Positions 18,392-28,964 are shown, counted from the stretch's first letter. The stretch: DNA of 64,000 nt from an uncultured Spirochaetota bacterium (GCA_937873275.1 CALMRC010000052.1:4309-68308); one strand, 5' to 3'. Translations and numbers: made by a program. The notes: generated by a model not told the origin, from the sequence alone.

Positions 18392-18954
18392 ATTTCGCCG
18401 TGACGCCCGAGGAGAGGCGCGTCCTGCTCGAGACGGCCCGGGAATCCGTGGAATCCTACCTGGAGCGACGGGAGCCCCGTTGGCCGGAGGTTCCGGTTCC
18501 GTTGACCGTTCCCCGGGGAGCCTTCGTCACCCTTACGGCCGGAGGGCATCTCCGGGGATGCATAGGGCGGTTGACCCCCTCGGGCCCCTTGATCGACACC
18601 GTGCGGGCCATGGCCCGTGCCGCCGCCTTCGAGGATCCCCGGTTCCCCGGTATCCGTCCGGAGGATTGGCCGGGCGTGTCGATCGAAATATCCGTCCTGG
18701 GCCCGATGGAGCGACTGGCTTCCCCGGAGGACCTCCGGATAGGCGCCCACGGATTGTACATCGTCCAGGGTTTCCGAGCCGGTGTCCTCCTGCCCCAGGT
18801 GGCCACGGAATGGGGATGGGGACGGGAGGAGTTCCTCGCCCAGGTCTGCCGGAAGGCCGGGCTTCCACCCTCCGCCTGGAAGGAACCGACCGCCGAACTC
18901 TACCGCTTCGAGGCCGCGGTATTCGGAGAGGGGGAGGAAACCCCGTCCGGTTGA
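18388..18954 (+). CDS. amrA: AMMECR1 domain protein (AmmeMemoRadiSam system protein A)
   Basis: ATG 18388 overlaps the amrB stop (ATGA). Contains GAFVTLTAGGHLRGCIG, FEDPRFPG and AGVLLPQVA motifs. Confidence 0.85.
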   Translation: MNFAVTPEERRVLLETARESVESYLERREPRWPEVPVPLTVPRGAFVTLTAGGHLRGCIGRLTPSGPLIDTVRAMARAAAFEDPRFPGIRPEDWPGVSIEISVLGPMERLASPEDLRIGAHGLYIVQGFRAGVLLPQVATEWGWGREEFLAQVCRKAGLPPSAWKEPTAELYRFEAAVFGEGEETPSG

Positions 18955-19454
18955 CCCTGGAACGCCCGCGTCGCCGGGTCAAGCGCCGCGGAATGCAGCA
19001 GACGGAACTCCTCGCAGAGCACGAGCATGGTTTGGGAAAAGCGGAGTCCGTAGTTTTCCAACTCCCGGGAAAAGAACTCCCGGTGAACCGACCGCCAATA
19101 CCGAAGGGAGCGGTCCCCTTCCCCTTCCTTCCGGGCGAAGTCCGTTCCAACATCCCGGTACGGAACGATGGTTGTCCGGACGGTCTCGATCAGGCAAGCC
19201 GGCATTCCGGAATAAAAGGTGATGATGCTGAGATTCCCGGGCCGGGGAACCGAGTCGGGGTCCGCGTCGTAGCCCCAATACGCCGAGGAGGTGGCCGTCT
19301 TCACACCCTTCAGCACGAGGGTTGCCAGGCGGTCCGCAGGTTCCGGATCGTAACAGAAGTGCCAGGCGCCGACCTTCCTCGTCTCGAACCCCGCGCCCCG
19401 GTTTTGCTCCAGGAATTCGGCTAGGAAACGGGACTGCTCATCGGTCAAGATCAT
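18900..19454 (-). CDS. ASCH domain protein (YhfF/COG4405-like)
   Basis: Track ORF trimmed to ATG 19454 (MILTDEQ). Characteristic KTATSSAYW and EGEGDRSLRYWRSVHREFFSREL segments. The 3' end overlaps the convergent amrA by 55 nt. Confidence 0.75.
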   Translation of the reverse strand: MILTDEQSRFLAEFLEQNRGAGFETRKVGAWHFCYDPEPADRLATLVLKGVKTATSSAYWGYDADPDSVPRPGNLSIITFYSGMPACLIETVRTTIVPYRDVGTDFARKEGEGDRSLRYWRSVHREFFSRELENYGLRFSQTMLVLCEEFRLLHSAALDPATRAFQGQPDGVSSPSPNTAASKR

Positions 19455-19516
19455 GGGTACCTCCCGATCCCATCCTGCCCCGAACCGCCGCACCGAGGCA
19501 AGGTCGTACGTGCGAA

Positions 19517-21142
19517 TCAGAAAGCGTCCGTGAGCGGGAACCGAATGGAAAAGGTCGTCCCTTCGTCCGTCCCGATCCGCAGCGTGCCCCGAAGCTGGTC
19601 CGTGAGCAACCGGACCAGGGTAAGCCCCAGGGAGCCGGTCGATTCGGAGTCGGCCTCTTCGGGAAGGCCGATCCCGTCATCGGACACCGTCAATTCCGCG
19701 AATCCTCCGGGTGAGGACGCGAGACGGATGCGGATGGAACCCGGACGCCGGTCCGGGAACGCATATTTGTAGGCGTTCGTGACGAGCTCGTTCAGGATGA
19801 GGCCGCAGGGGATGGAGGTGGAGACGTCGAGGTCGATCTTCTCGATTTCCAGGACAAGATCTATGTTGCGGTCCCGGCCGTAGGCCACCGCGAGCTGGCC
19901 CGCCAGCTTCCCGACGTATTCCTCCATGTCCACCCGGGAGTAGTCGGTGGACTTGTACAGCTCCTCGTGGACCAGGGACATCGCCTGGATCCGTTCCCGG
20001 CTGTTCCGGAACGCCGCCAGGGCCTGCTCCGGGGTCTTGATCATGCCGGATTGCAGGTTGAGGAGGCTCGATATGATGCTGAGATTGTTCTTCACACGGT
20101 GGTGTATTTCCCGGAGCAGGATCTCCTTCTCCTCGAGGCTCCGCTTCAGCTCCTCCTCGATGCGTTTTCGTTCGGTGATGTCCACGTGGGTGCCGACCAG
20201 CCGAAGGGCCGTACCGTCGGATCCCCGGGACACGCACTTCCCCCGGGAGTAGATCCAGCGCCAAGCGCCGTCCTTCCCTCGCATCCGGAACTCGAGGTCC
20301 AGGGTGTCCCGGGGGCCCGCTATGCAGGCTTCGTTGGCGGCGATCGCCCGTTCCCGGTCCTCCGGATGGATATTGGAACGCCAGGATTCCCCCCGGGCGG
20401 GGAATTCCCCGGGCTCGTAGCCGAGATTCCGATAGTACGCGGGATTGTAGTAGGCGGTGTCCGATTTGACGTCCAGGTCCCAGAGGCCGTCGTTGGTCGC
20501 CTCCATGCTGAACTGGAACCGCTCCTCGCTCTCCCGCAGGGCCCGGATCATCTTCCGAGATTCCAACTGGTCCGAAAGGATCTTCCCCGCCAGGATCGTG
20601 GCCAGGGGATACAGGAGGAGAATGGGAACCCCGATGCGGCGCCGTACTTCGGCCCCGCTCCCGTCCGGAAGAGCCACGGTCATGCAGAGCATGGCGATAT
20701 GGACGATCAACCCGAAGGAGTACAACCGGGCCGGGGACGGCGGCCTGTCCTCGGGACGCATCTGCCCCCGGGCGGCGATGCCGATGACCGCCGAGGACAG
20801 GGCGACCAGGACGCCCATGAGGGTTCCGCCCCCCCCTAGGGCGACGCGGTAGGCGATGGACGCGGACGCCGCCACCGCCGCGGCCGCGGGGCCGAAGTAC
20901 AGGCCGCAGAGGCTGATCATGACGGATCGGCCGTCGAAGATGAGCCCGGGGCCCAGCACGAGGGGCCGGGCCATTCCGATCATGGCCGTCGCGCCGAAAA
21001 GGGCCCCCTGGATGAGGGCTCCGGGAAGGCTGTTCCGATTCACCCGCTTGTCCACGAAGCCGGACAGGACCGTCAACGCCACCAGGAGCGTGAGGTTCAG
21101 GACGAGGTCCACGGACGCGGCGATCCAGCCGGTCAACATCAT
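19517..21142 (-). CDS. Sensor histidine kinase: 5TM (LytS-type) membrane module + PAS + HisKA_2 + HATPase
   Basis: Track ORF 19517..21838 trimmed to ATG 21142 ([10 protein letters not shown]). Polytopic N-terminus, a PAS region ([18 protein letters not shown]), H-box [13 protein letters not shown] and an ATPase domain ([20 protein letters not shown]). Confidence 0.85.
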   Translation of the reverse strand: MMLTGWIAASVDLVLNLTLLVALTVLSGFVDKRVNRNSLPGALIQGALFGATAMIGMARPLVLGPGLIFDGRSVMISLCGLYFGPAAAAVAASASIAYRVALGGGGTLMGVLVALSSAVIGIAARGQMRPEDRPPSPARLYSFGLIVHIAMLCMTVALPDGSGAEVRRRIGVPILLLYPLATILAGKILSDQLESRKMIRALRESEERFQFSMEATNDGLWDLDVKSDTAYYNPAYYRNLGYEPGEFPARGESWRSNIHPEDRERAIAANEACIAGPRDTLDLEFRMRGKDGAWRWIYSRGKCVSRGSDGTALRLVGTHVDITERKRIEEELKRSLEEKEILLREIHHRVKNNLSIISSLLNLQSGMIKTPEQALAAFRNSRERIQAMSLVHEELYKSTDYSRVDMEEYVGKLAGQLAVAYGRDRNIDLVLEIEKIDLDVSTSIPCGLILNELVTNAYKYAFPDRRPGSIRIRLASSPGGFAELTVSDDGIGLPEEADSESTGSLGLTLVRLLTDQLRGTLRIGTDEGTTFSIRFPLTDAF

Positions 21143-23505
21143 CTGTTCCTCCCGATGCGGGTCGAATCCGGGACCTTCGAAGGCGGTATCCGGATGGTGT
21201 ATTTCGTGCCCTCGTTCCAATCCACGTCCAGGGTGGCCGAGAGCTGGAGGGAGAGGAGGTCGATGAGTTCCAGGCCCATCCCGGCTCGCCGCCCTTCGGC
21301 GGCCCCCACCCCGTCGTCCCCGACCACGAGGAGCGTTTCCCCGTCCTTCCCCGCGGAACAGCGGACGTACACGGCCCCGGACCGGGGCGGGGGGAACGCG
21401 TGTCGGAAGGAGTTCGCCAAGATCTCGTTCAGGAGGAGCCCGCAGGGGATGGCCCGGTCGAGATCCAGTTCGACCTCCTCCCCGGACACCTCGACCCGGA
21501 TGTCGCCGAACTCGGTACGGTGAGCCTGGAAGAGGTAATCCGCGATTGCCCGTGCCAACTCGTTGACGGAGATTCCCCGGACGTTCTCGGAGCCGTAGGC
21601 CATCTCGTGGATGAGGGACATGGCTTGGATCCGGGCCGCGAAGCGTTCCAGCGCCTCCCGTCCGGAGGGATCCGAGCGGGATTGCAGGGAGAGCAGGCTG
21701 GCCAGGATCTGCAGGTTGTTGTTCACCCGGTGGTGGATTTCCCGTAGAAGTTCCTCCCGCTCCGCCAGGGTTTTCCGAAGCGACTCCTCCGCGTGCTTCC
21801 GGGTATCGATATCCGAGATGAATCCCTCGATTCCCCATACGTTCCCGGCGTCGTCCCGCAGGGCCCGGGCGGATATGGCCACCCAGAGGCTCGTGCCGTC
21901 CTTGCGTCGGAACCGGGTCTCGACGCCGAGGGCGGATCCCTCATCCCGGATCTTCGCGACCACGGCGTCCCGGTCCCCGCCGTTCAGGTAGACGTCGGAT
22001 CGGATGTCCCGGACGGCGGAGGCGAAGTCCTCCGGGGAATCGTACCGGAGCATGTCCGCCAGGGCGGAATTGACCGAGAGCACGCGTCCCTGGAGGGTGG
22101 ATTGGAAGATCCCCTCCACGGCACCCTCGAAGATGTTCCGGAATTTGCTTTCCCGCTCCTGCAGCTCCGAAAGGGTCCGTTTGAGCCGTTCGGCCATGTG
22201 GTTAAAGGCTACCGCGAGATCCCGGATTTCCGCGGGCCCTCCGGGACGAACGACGGCATCCAGATCGCCGCGCGTGAAGGCCTCCGCGGCTACCGAGAGT
22301 TCCGAAATCGGTTTCACGATCCTTCCGGCGAAGAACAAGGATATCGCGACCCCCGCCAGGGCCGCGGCCGAGGCGGCGACGGCCATGAAGGCCACCATGT
22401 TCCTCCGTCCGTCCTCCAGGATCTCGTGGAAATGCACCAGCTCGTCCTCGTAGGCGCTCGTCCCGATCACCCAATCCCAGGGCGCGTAATACGCGATGCG
22501 GGCGATCTTGAGGCGGGGGCGGGATTCTCCGGGGTTCTTCCACCAGTATTCCACGGTGCCGAGTTCACCCGGAGCAAGTCCCAGCGCCTTCCGGATGATG
22601 TCCTGGATCACGTACCGGCCTTCCTCGTCCCGCTCCTCCCAGACGTCCTCCCCGTCCCGGAGACCATTCTGGGAAATGACGTACCGCCCCCGGTTCTCGC
22701 CCCGGCCGGACAGGACATATATGTATCCGGTTTCCCCGATCCGCGTGCCGACGATCGACTTGCGGATCAGGGATTCCGCCTCGGCCTGGGGACGTCCCAC
22801 ATAGATCATTCCCGTCACTCGGCCGGTAGCGTCCCGCAGGGGGCCGTAGGCGGTGAGGAACCAGGCGTTCACGACGTAGGCCCGGCCGACAAACTCGCCG
22901 CCCTCGAGAACCGCCGAGATGACCGGATTCGGACTGCCGTCCGGGAGGGTCGCCGGGATGAACGTGCCCACGGCGCGCTCCCCCCCGTCCACGATCGTCG
23001 TGGTCACCCGAAGCATGTCGCCCCTCTCGTTCATCCTCTGGAACAAGGTGGCGGTTATATCCAGCAGGTCCGCGATTTCGTCGACCACGGGACTCGGGGC
23101 TGCGGGATTCCGGTTCACGGGAAGGGGATGCGGGCCCACCCGGGGGCCCGGAAGGACGAGGGAAACGGCGCTTTTCGTGAACTGGTTCGTCGCGGTCCAT
23201 CGGACCGGAGGACCTCCGAAGTCGAGGCCGCCTGCCTCCGTCAGGACCCTCCGGGCGACCCGGAGATCCCGGAGCAGTTCCCCCTCGACCGCCTCCCCTT
23301 TCGCGGACACGAGGGAGAGGACGCTGGAGGTGATGTGGTCGAGATCCTGGACGATCAAAGTGTCGACGTCCCGGCGGGCGAGATCGGCGTAAACGCCGCT
23401 TTGCCAATAGGCGGCGGCCGCCAACGCCACCGCCGTGAGCACGGTGCTGCCGGCCCCGAGAATCATCAGGCGGAGGGATAGCTTGCCCCGGGGCTCCTTC
23501 AACAC
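21139..23505 (-). CDS. Sensor histidine kinase: Cache-type periplasmic sensor + HAMP + PAS + HisKA_2 + HATPase
   Basis: 788 aa from GTG 23505. TM, then a Cache-like region ([51 protein letters not shown]), TM, HAMP, PAS, H-box [13 protein letters not shown] and an ATPase domain. Stop overlaps the next ATG (21139-21142). Confidence 0.85.
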   Translation of the reverse strand: MLKEPRGKLSLRLMILGAGSTVLTAVALAAAAYWQSGVYADLARRDVDTLIVQDLDHITSSVLSLVSAKGEAVEGELLRDLRVARRVLTEAGGLDFGGPPVRWTATNQFTKSAVSLVLPGPRVGPHPLPVNRNPAAPSPVVDEIADLLDITATLFQRMNERGDMLRVTTTIVDGGERAVGTFIPATLPDGSPNPVISAVLEGGEFVGRAYVVNAWFLTAYGPLRDATGRVTGMIYVGRPQAEAESLIRKSIVGTRIGETGYIYVLSGRGENRGRYVISQNGLRDGEDVWEERDEEGRYVIQDIIRKALGLAPGELGTVEYWWKNPGESRPRLKIARIAYYAPWDWVIGTSAYEDELVHFHEILEDGRRNMVAFMAVAASAAALAGVAISLFFAGRIVKPISELSVAAEAFTRGDLDAVVRPGGPAEIRDLAVAFNHMAERLKRTLSELQERESKFRNIFEGAVEGIFQSTLQGRVLSVNSALADMLRYDSPEDFASAVRDIRSDVYLNGGDRDAVVAKIRDEGSALGVETRFRRKDGTSLWVAISARALRDDAGNVWGIEGFISDIDTRKHAEESLRKTLAEREELLREIHHRVNNNLQILASLLSLQSRSDPSGREALERFAARIQAMSLIHEMAYGSENVRGISVNELARAIADYLFQAHRTEFGDIRVEVSGEEVELDLDRAIPCGLLLNEILANSFRHAFPPPRSGAVYVRCSAGKDGETLLVVGDDGVGAAEGRRAGMGLELIDLLSLQLSATLDVDWNEGTKYTIRIPPSKVPDSTRIGRNR

Positions 23506-23641
23506 GACACTCCTGGCGAGCGGATTTCCTGCGGATTGCGGTATGGAATTCTCGCGCCCCGGCTATCCCTTGTCAATGAACCGGGAACGCGGCACCGGGG
23601 ATTCGGCGAGGGGACACGGAAGACACCCAGCGGCAGCTCGA

Positions 23642-24331
23642 TCAGTCCTCGAGCATGTAGGAGTTCCAGTCATCGGGGGTGTTGATGTTCCGAAACAGTC
23701 CCCAGTCCGGAAAGAGTTCCCGCACGCGGGCTTCCGGGATTCGGATATGGGGGAGACCGGCCAGGACGGACGCGATGGATTCCCGGCGCTCCGGGGATAC
23801 CCCTCCCGAAATCCGTTGCTCGATGTAGGGCACCAGGTCCCGGGAATAGAAGCCGTGGAAGGGCTCCATGTGGCGTCCGTAGGCCGCCACGGCCGCCAGG
23901 GGGCGGCGGCCGGAATCCTCCTCGAGAACGATAATTCGGGCTAGGATCGACGGCCATCGGGGATCGAATTCCGGGGTGTCGCAGGCCACGAGGTACAGCC
24001 AGGGAGACGTGGAGCGGGACAGCGCGGCGTGGAGGCCGGACAGGGGGCCGAACCCCGGCAGGAGGTCCGGGAAGACGGAAAGACTTCCGGGGAAATCCCG
24101 GTACCCCTCGGGCCGGTTCGTCACGACCGCGAGGTCCCGGAACACCGCCGACAGCCGCCTCAGGATGCGGAACGCGAGGGGTTCCCCCCCGACATCCAGG
24201 AACTGCTTGTCCCGGCCGGCCATCCGCTCGCTGGCCCCGCCCGCGAGGACGGCGGCGGCCCGGAACCTCCGGTCGAGCGGGTATTCCGGCTCCTCCCCTC
24301 CGGGAACGGCCGCCGTTTGGTCGTGCTCCAT
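23642..24331 (-). CDS. mobA: Molybdenum cofactor guanylyltransferase (MobA-like NTP transferase)
   Basis: 229 aa with AAVLAGGASERMAGRDKQFL and LVACDTP motifs. Confidence 0.75.
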   Translation of the reverse strand: MEHDQTAAVPGGEEPEYPLDRRFRAAAVLAGGASERMAGRDKQFLDVGGEPLAFRILRRLSAVFRDLAVVTNRPEGYRDFPGSLSVFPDLLPGFGPLSGLHAALSRSTSPWLYLVACDTPEFDPRWPSILARIIVLEEDSGRRPLAAVAAYGRHMEPFHGFYSRDLVPYIEQRISGGVSPERRESIASVLAGLPHIRIPEARVRELFPDWGLFRNINTPDDWNSYMLED

Positions 24332-24394
24332 GTCCGAAGTCTACCCCGTTTGCCGGATCTCCGGGAAGGAGTATACTGGAAGAGAGGGGGCCGG

Positions 24395-25243
24395 ATGGTG
24401 CTTCGCGGGGTGGAACGGATCCTGGAGACGAAGGTCGTGCGCGCGGGGGCCGGAGTCCTGGTCCGACGACATTTCGGCCTGGGCACCGGGAGGCTCACCG
24501 ATCCCTTCCTCCTGCTGGACGAAGTGCACTCCCGATCCCCCGTGGAATACGCGGCCGGTTTTCCGCTCCATCCCCACCGCGGAATCGACCTGGTGACCTA
24601 CATGCTCTCGGGCTTCCTGCGGCAGATCGACAGCCTCGGCAACGCGTGCATGATCGGTCCCGGATGCCTCCAGTGGACGACCGCGGGATCCGGACTCGTG
24701 CACGAGGAGATGCCCCTGGAATCCGCGGTTCTCCGGGGGTTCCAGCTCTGGGTCAACCTCCCCCGGGCCGGGAAGATGGTCGATCCGGTGTGCCGGGAGG
24801 CGAGCCCCGGGGAAATCCCCGTGGTGCCCGTCCTCGCCGGAAAGGTCCGGGTGCTGTCCGGCCGCTTCGGGGGAGCCTCGGGACCCGTCGTCGGTGTCCA
24901 GGGGAGCCCGGGATTCCTGGACGTGGACCTGGATCCCGGAGCCGTGTTCCTCGCGGAGGTTCCGCCAGGCAGGAGGGCCCTCCTGCACCTGCTGGTCGGG
25001 AGTTGCTCGGAAATCGGCGGTACGGCCCACGAGTCTCCCCCGGAAACGGGCGTCCTCGTCCTGGGGGACGGCGACACGGTCCAGGTCCGGGCGGGCGCCG
25101 TCGGCGCGCGGTTCCTGCTCCTGACGGGGAACCCCCTCGGGGAACCCATAGCGTGGAAGGGACCGGTGGTCATGAACGAGGCGGAAGAGGTCGACCGGGC
25201 GTACAAGGAATACAGCTCGGGCACCTTCGTCAAGGCGAGATAG
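24395..25243 (+). CDS. Pirin family protein (bicupin)
   Basis: Track ORF trimmed to ATG 24395. Contains FPLHPHRGIDLVTYMLSG, QWTTAGSGLVHEE and LWVNLP motifs. Confidence 0.85.
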   Translation: MVLRGVERILETKVVRAGAGVLVRRHFGLGTGRLTDPFLLLDEVHSRSPVEYAAGFPLHPHRGIDLVTYMLSGFLRQIDSLGNACMIGPGCLQWTTAGSGLVHEEMPLESAVLRGFQLWVNLPRAGKMVDPVCREASPGEIPVVPVLAGKVRVLSGRFGGASGPVVGVQGSPGFLDVDLDPGAVFLAEVPPGRRALLHLLVGSCSEIGGTAHESPPETGVLVLGDGDTVQVRAGAVGARFLLLTGNPLGEPIAWKGPVVMNEAEEVDRAYKEYSSGTFVKAR

Positions 25244-25256
25244 ACCCGACCCGGCC

Positions 25257-25559
25257 TCACTCCTCCCCGTAGAACCGGGCGTACACCCGGCTCCGTCCCG
25301 CGGCTCGGGAACAGGCGGCCGCGATGCGCTCCAGCTCCTCCCTCTCCTCGGGACGGAGGTCCATGGCCGCCAACTCCGCCAACTCCCGCAGCAGGATGGG
25401 GATCTGCTTCTGGTTGAACGAGGCGTCCTCGGTCTCGTCGATGAAGGCGAGGCACGCGTAACCCCGAGGCTGGCGGAATCTCCGGAGGATATGACGGATC
25501 TCGAACACCGGCTCCAGGGGCTCGCCCTCCGCGTCCTCGATGCTTACGAACACGCTCAT
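25257..25559 (-). CDS. Small acidic hypothetical protein, translationally coupled to the FemAB gene
   Basis: 100-aa ORF. Its ATG overlaps the FemAB stop (ATGA, 25556-25559). High third-position GC. No family recognised. Confidence 0.5.
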   Translation of the reverse strand: MSVFVSIEDAEGEPLEPVFEIRHILRRFRQPRGYACLAFIDETEDASFNQKQIPILLRELAELAAMDLRPEEREELERIAAACSRAAGRSRVYARFYGEE

Positions 25560-26647
25560 CGGTTCCCTCCTCCCAGGCGTTTCCGCACGGTCTTGAACCA
25601 GAATCCCCGCAGACGCTCCGCGCTCCGATAGGCCTCGTAGGGGATCGGACGCAGGGGCAGGTCCCAGGAACCCGCGTACCGCCGGATCCTGCCGCCGAAG
25701 CCCGTCTTGAAGCGGTACAGCCCGGCCATGGGATGCCCCGGATCGTCCGAGGGCGGGATGCCGAACAGGTCATACCATCCGCAGCCCGCGTCCCGGGCCG
25801 CCCGGATGGCCGCCCACTGGAGGGCGTACGCGGGCATGAGGTTCCGGTGCCCGTCCCCGGAGGCTCCATACAAATATACCGCTTCGCCGCGCAGGAAGGA
25901 CGTGATGATCGCCGCGAGGGGCTCGCCCCGGTACCGGGCGATCCACACCCGGATGTCCGGGGCCCCAGGCCCGTATTCCTGGGCCAGGGCGACGAGGCGG
26001 GCGTAATACTTCTCGGGATGCAGGGCGATGCGGTCCCGGAGGGCCGTGGCCCGGTACAGGGAGTAAAAGGTCCGGACCGCCTCGGGCCCCGGTTCCCGGG
26101 TGACGACGACCCCCTTCTTCTCCGCGTACTTGACGTTGTACCGCCACTTGGGCTTCATGCGGGACAGGAGGTCCTCGTCGGACGCGCCTGCAAGGTCCAG
26201 GACGGTCGTATCGGGAGGCTGCACGTCCACCGGGGCTTTCCGGAAGGGTGACGAGGGGACCGGGGCCGCCTCGGGGCCGCCGTCACCCTCCTCCACGTAC
26301 CAGGGAGGATCCAGGCGGAGGAAGGCGCAGGAGTTCGAAAGACGGGGCCGAAGGGACCGGATCGCGGCCGCGAGGCGTCCGGAATCCCCCGGACCGGGCA
26401 GCCCGGGTCCGAGTCCCCGGGGAACGTAGGCGAAAGAAAAACCCCGGGCTAGGGCGCGCTCCAGGACCAGGAGGGGGCGCCCCGTCTCCTCGTCGAGGAA
26501 GTGGAGGGGCCGCCATCCGAACTCGGCCTTGAAGGCTCCCCAGAATCCGGTCTGGAGGAAGGTTTCGGCCCCGGAGTCGCAGTCCTCCCTCGTACCATCC
26601 CGCAGGCCCGCTCCGAACATCCCCCCGGCCGAGGGTTCAGCCGACAT
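25556..26647 (-). CDS. FemAB-family aminoacyl-tRNA-dependent peptidoglycan peptide-bridge transferase
   Basis: 363 aa with FLQTGFWGAFK, KPKWRYNVKYAEKKGV, YLYGASGDGHRNLMPAYALQW and GLYRFKTGFGG segments typical of FemX/FemAB. An alternative ATG at 26620 would remove the overlap with metG. Confidence 0.8.
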   Translation of the reverse strand: MSAEPSAGGMFGAGLRDGTREDCDSGAETFLQTGFWGAFKAEFGWRPLHFLDEETGRPLLVLERALARGFSFAYVPRGLGPGLPGPGDSGRLAAAIRSLRPRLSNSCAFLRLDPPWYVEEGDGGPEAAPVPSSPFRKAPVDVQPPDTTVLDLAGASDEDLLSRMKPKWRYNVKYAEKKGVVVTREPGPEAVRTFYSLYRATALRDRIALHPEKYYARLVALAQEYGPGAPDIRVWIARYRGEPLAAIITSFLRGEAVYLYGASGDGHRNLMPAYALQWAAIRAARDAGCGWYDLFGIPPSDDPGHPMAGLYRFKTGFGGRIRRYAGSWDLPLRPIPYEAYRSAERLRGFWFKTVRKRLGGGNR

Positions 26648-28964
26648 TCCCGTCCGTCACGCGGCTCGTCCTCACGTCCCGGCCGTCGGCCCGGAGGGAA
26701 CGGGAGCCGATCTTGACCGCGCCGCCTTCGGAACGGATCGGCACGGAGAAGAAGGCGTCGATGTCGATCTCTCCTGCGGCCTGTCCGGGAGTCCCGTCCA
26801 GGAGGATCGGGGTCCCGGGAGCCGCCCAGGGGACGTCCAGGACTTCCACGGCCTCACGGCCCTCGGGTCCCTCCTTGGAGGCGGCCAGGAGCATGCCCCG
26901 GCTCTCGACCCCCCGGAGCTTGGCGGGCTTCAGGTTGTTCACGAGGATGATGGTCTTCCCGAGGAGTTCCTCCTCCTTGTAGAAGGGGACCAGGCCGGAG
27001 ACGATCACCCGTTCCGCGCCGGATCCGTCGTCCAGGGTCTCGATGTAGAGCTTGTCGGCCTTGGGGTGCCGCTCGATCTTGACGATCCGCGCGGCACGAA
27101 GGTCCACCAGTTTCGAGAACCTCTCCTCCACGGGCAGGTCCGCGTAGGGAATCGATGCGGGAGCCGGCGCGGCGGGCTCCGAGGGTTTCGTCGGTACGGC
27201 CGGCCGGTCCGAAGGACCCGCCGGAACGGCGGGGACGTGGGTCGCGGCGGCTTTCGCGGGCGCGGCCTGTCCGGATTCCCGGGCGGCCCGGTCCTTTTGG
27301 CTTCCCGCGTACCGTTCCCGGAGTTCCGCGATCCGGTCGTCCTCGAGCTTCGAGAAGAGGACCTCCGGCGTCCCGACCGCCCCGAGGCCCTCGAGGCTTC
27401 CGAGATCCTTCCAGGAAAGTCCGTCGGAACCCCCGACCTTGAGTCCGAGAAAGCCCGCGAGCCGGTCCGCGGCTCCGGGAATGTAGGGATGCATCAGGAT
27501 CGCCAGGTCCTTGAGCACGTAGCAGAGATCCCGGATCAGGGACGCGGCCTTGGCCGGGTCCTGGGTGCGGGCCTTCCAGGGCTCCCCGTCCTGGAACCGC
27601 TTGTTGGCGATGCCGGAAACCGTAAAGGCGGTCCGGAAGGCGTCCCGCAGCTCCGCCCTCTCCAAGTGGTCCGTGATCTTGTCGTACTGCTTCCGGACCT
27701 CCGTCCAGAACGCCGGATCCGGGTCGCCCTCCGGCACCCGGCCGTCGTAAAACCGCTGGACGAAGGTCAGGGTGCGGTTTGCGAGGTTCCCCAGGTTGCC
27801 GATCAGCTCACCGTTCACCTTTTCCTGGAAATCGCTCCAAGTGAAGGTGACGTCGCTCTTCTCGGGTCGGTTGTAGTAGATGTAGAAGCGCCAGACGTCC
27901 GCGGGGATTCCCGAATCAACGGCGTCGTTGCCGAAGACTCCGACTCCCTTGGACTTGGAGAACTTGCCGCTCTCGTAGTTCAGGTACTCCGTGCTGGACA
28001 TGTGGTGGAGCATGGTCCAGGGCCGGCCGGAACCCAGGAGCGTGGAGGGGAAGATGACCGTGTGGAAGGGGATATTGTCCTTGCCGATGAACTGGTAGAG
28101 CTCCACCTCCCCAGGAGCCTGCCACCAGGTCTTCCAGTCCCCCCCCGCCTCGTCGGTGTGGCAGGCGGTGATGGAGATGTACCCGATGGGGGCGTCGAAC
28201 CAGACGTAGAAGACCTTCTTCTCGAAGCCCGGCTTGGGGACCGGGATGCCCCACTTGAGGTCCCGGGTGATGGCCCGCTCCCGGAGCCCGTCCCGGATCC
28301 AGGCCTGGGTCATCTGGATGGCGTTGTTGGCCCAGAACCCCCGGACGCTCGCTTCCTTCATCCAGGCCTCCAGCCTGGGGCGGATGGCGGGGAGGTCGAT
28401 GTACAGGTGGGAGGTGGACCGCGGCTTGGGCGCGGCCCCGCAGGTGGAGCACTTGGGCTCCTGGAGTTCCGTGGGATCCAGGAGCTTGCCGCAGTTCTCG
28501 CACTGGTCCCCCCGGGCGTCCGGGTAGGCGCAGTGCGGACAGGTGCCCCGGACGTACCGGTCCGCCAGGAACCGTCCGCAGGACTCGCAATAGAGCTGCT
28601 CGATCGCCTGCTCCTTCACGTATCCGGCGGCGTCGATGTCCTTGAACAGGCCCTGGACGATCTCGGTCTGCTGGGGGGTGCTGGTGCGGCCGAACTTGTC
28701 GAAGGAGATCCCGAACCAGGCATAGATGTCCCGATGGACCACGAAGAAGCGGTCGCAGAGTTCCCGGGGGGTGATCCCCTCCTCCAGGGCCTTGGTCTCC
28801 GTGGCGGTGCCGTATTCGTCGGTGCCGCAGACGTAGAGGGTCTCGTAGCCCCGAAGGCGGCAGAACCGGGCGAACACGTCCGCGGAAAGAACCTGGATGA
28901 GGTTCCCCAGGTGGGGAATGTTGTTTACGTACGGAAGGGCGCTGGTGATGAGTCTTCGTTTCAT
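26637..28964 (-). CDS. metG: Methionine--tRNA ligase with C-terminal tRNA-binding (Trbp111/EMAP-like) domain
   Basis: 775 aa with TSALPYVNNIPHLGN (HIGH-type), KFSKSKG (KMSKS), zinc knuckles CPHC...CENCG...CSTCG, and a C-terminal OB domain (IVKIERHPKADKLYIETLD) after an Ala/Pro-rich linker. Confidence 0.95.
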   Translation of the reverse strand: MKRRLITSALPYVNNIPHLGNLIQVLSADVFARFCRLRGYETLYVCGTDEYGTATETKALEEGITPRELCDRFFVVHRDIYAWFGISFDKFGRTSTPQQTEIVQGLFKDIDAAGYVKEQAIEQLYCESCGRFLADRYVRGTCPHCAYPDARGDQCENCGKLLDPTELQEPKCSTCGAAPKPRSTSHLYIDLPAIRPRLEAWMKEASVRGFWANNAIQMTQAWIRDGLRERAITRDLKWGIPVPKPGFEKKVFYVWFDAPIGYISITACHTDEAGGDWKTWWQAPGEVELYQFIGKDNIPFHTVIFPSTLLGSGRPWTMLHHMSSTEYLNYESGKFSKSKGVGVFGNDAVDSGIPADVWRFYIYYNRPEKSDVTFTWSDFQEKVNGELIGNLGNLANRTLTFVQRFYDGRVPEGDPDPAFWTEVRKQYDKITDHLERAELRDAFRTAFTVSGIANKRFQDGEPWKARTQDPAKAASLIRDLCYVLKDLAILMHPYIPGAADRLAGFLGLKVGGSDGLSWKDLGSLEGLGAVGTPEVLFSKLEDDRIAELRERYAGSQKDRAARESGQAAPAKAAATHVPAVPAGPSDRPAVPTKPSEPAAPAPASIPYADLPVEERFSKLVDLRAARIVKIERHPKADKLYIETLDDGSGAERVIVSGLVPFYKEEELLGKTIILVNNLKPAKLRGVESRGMLLAASKEGPEGREAVEVLDVPWAAPGTPILLDGTPGQAAGEIDIDAFFSVPIRSEGGAVKIGSRSLRADGRDVRTSRVTDGNVG

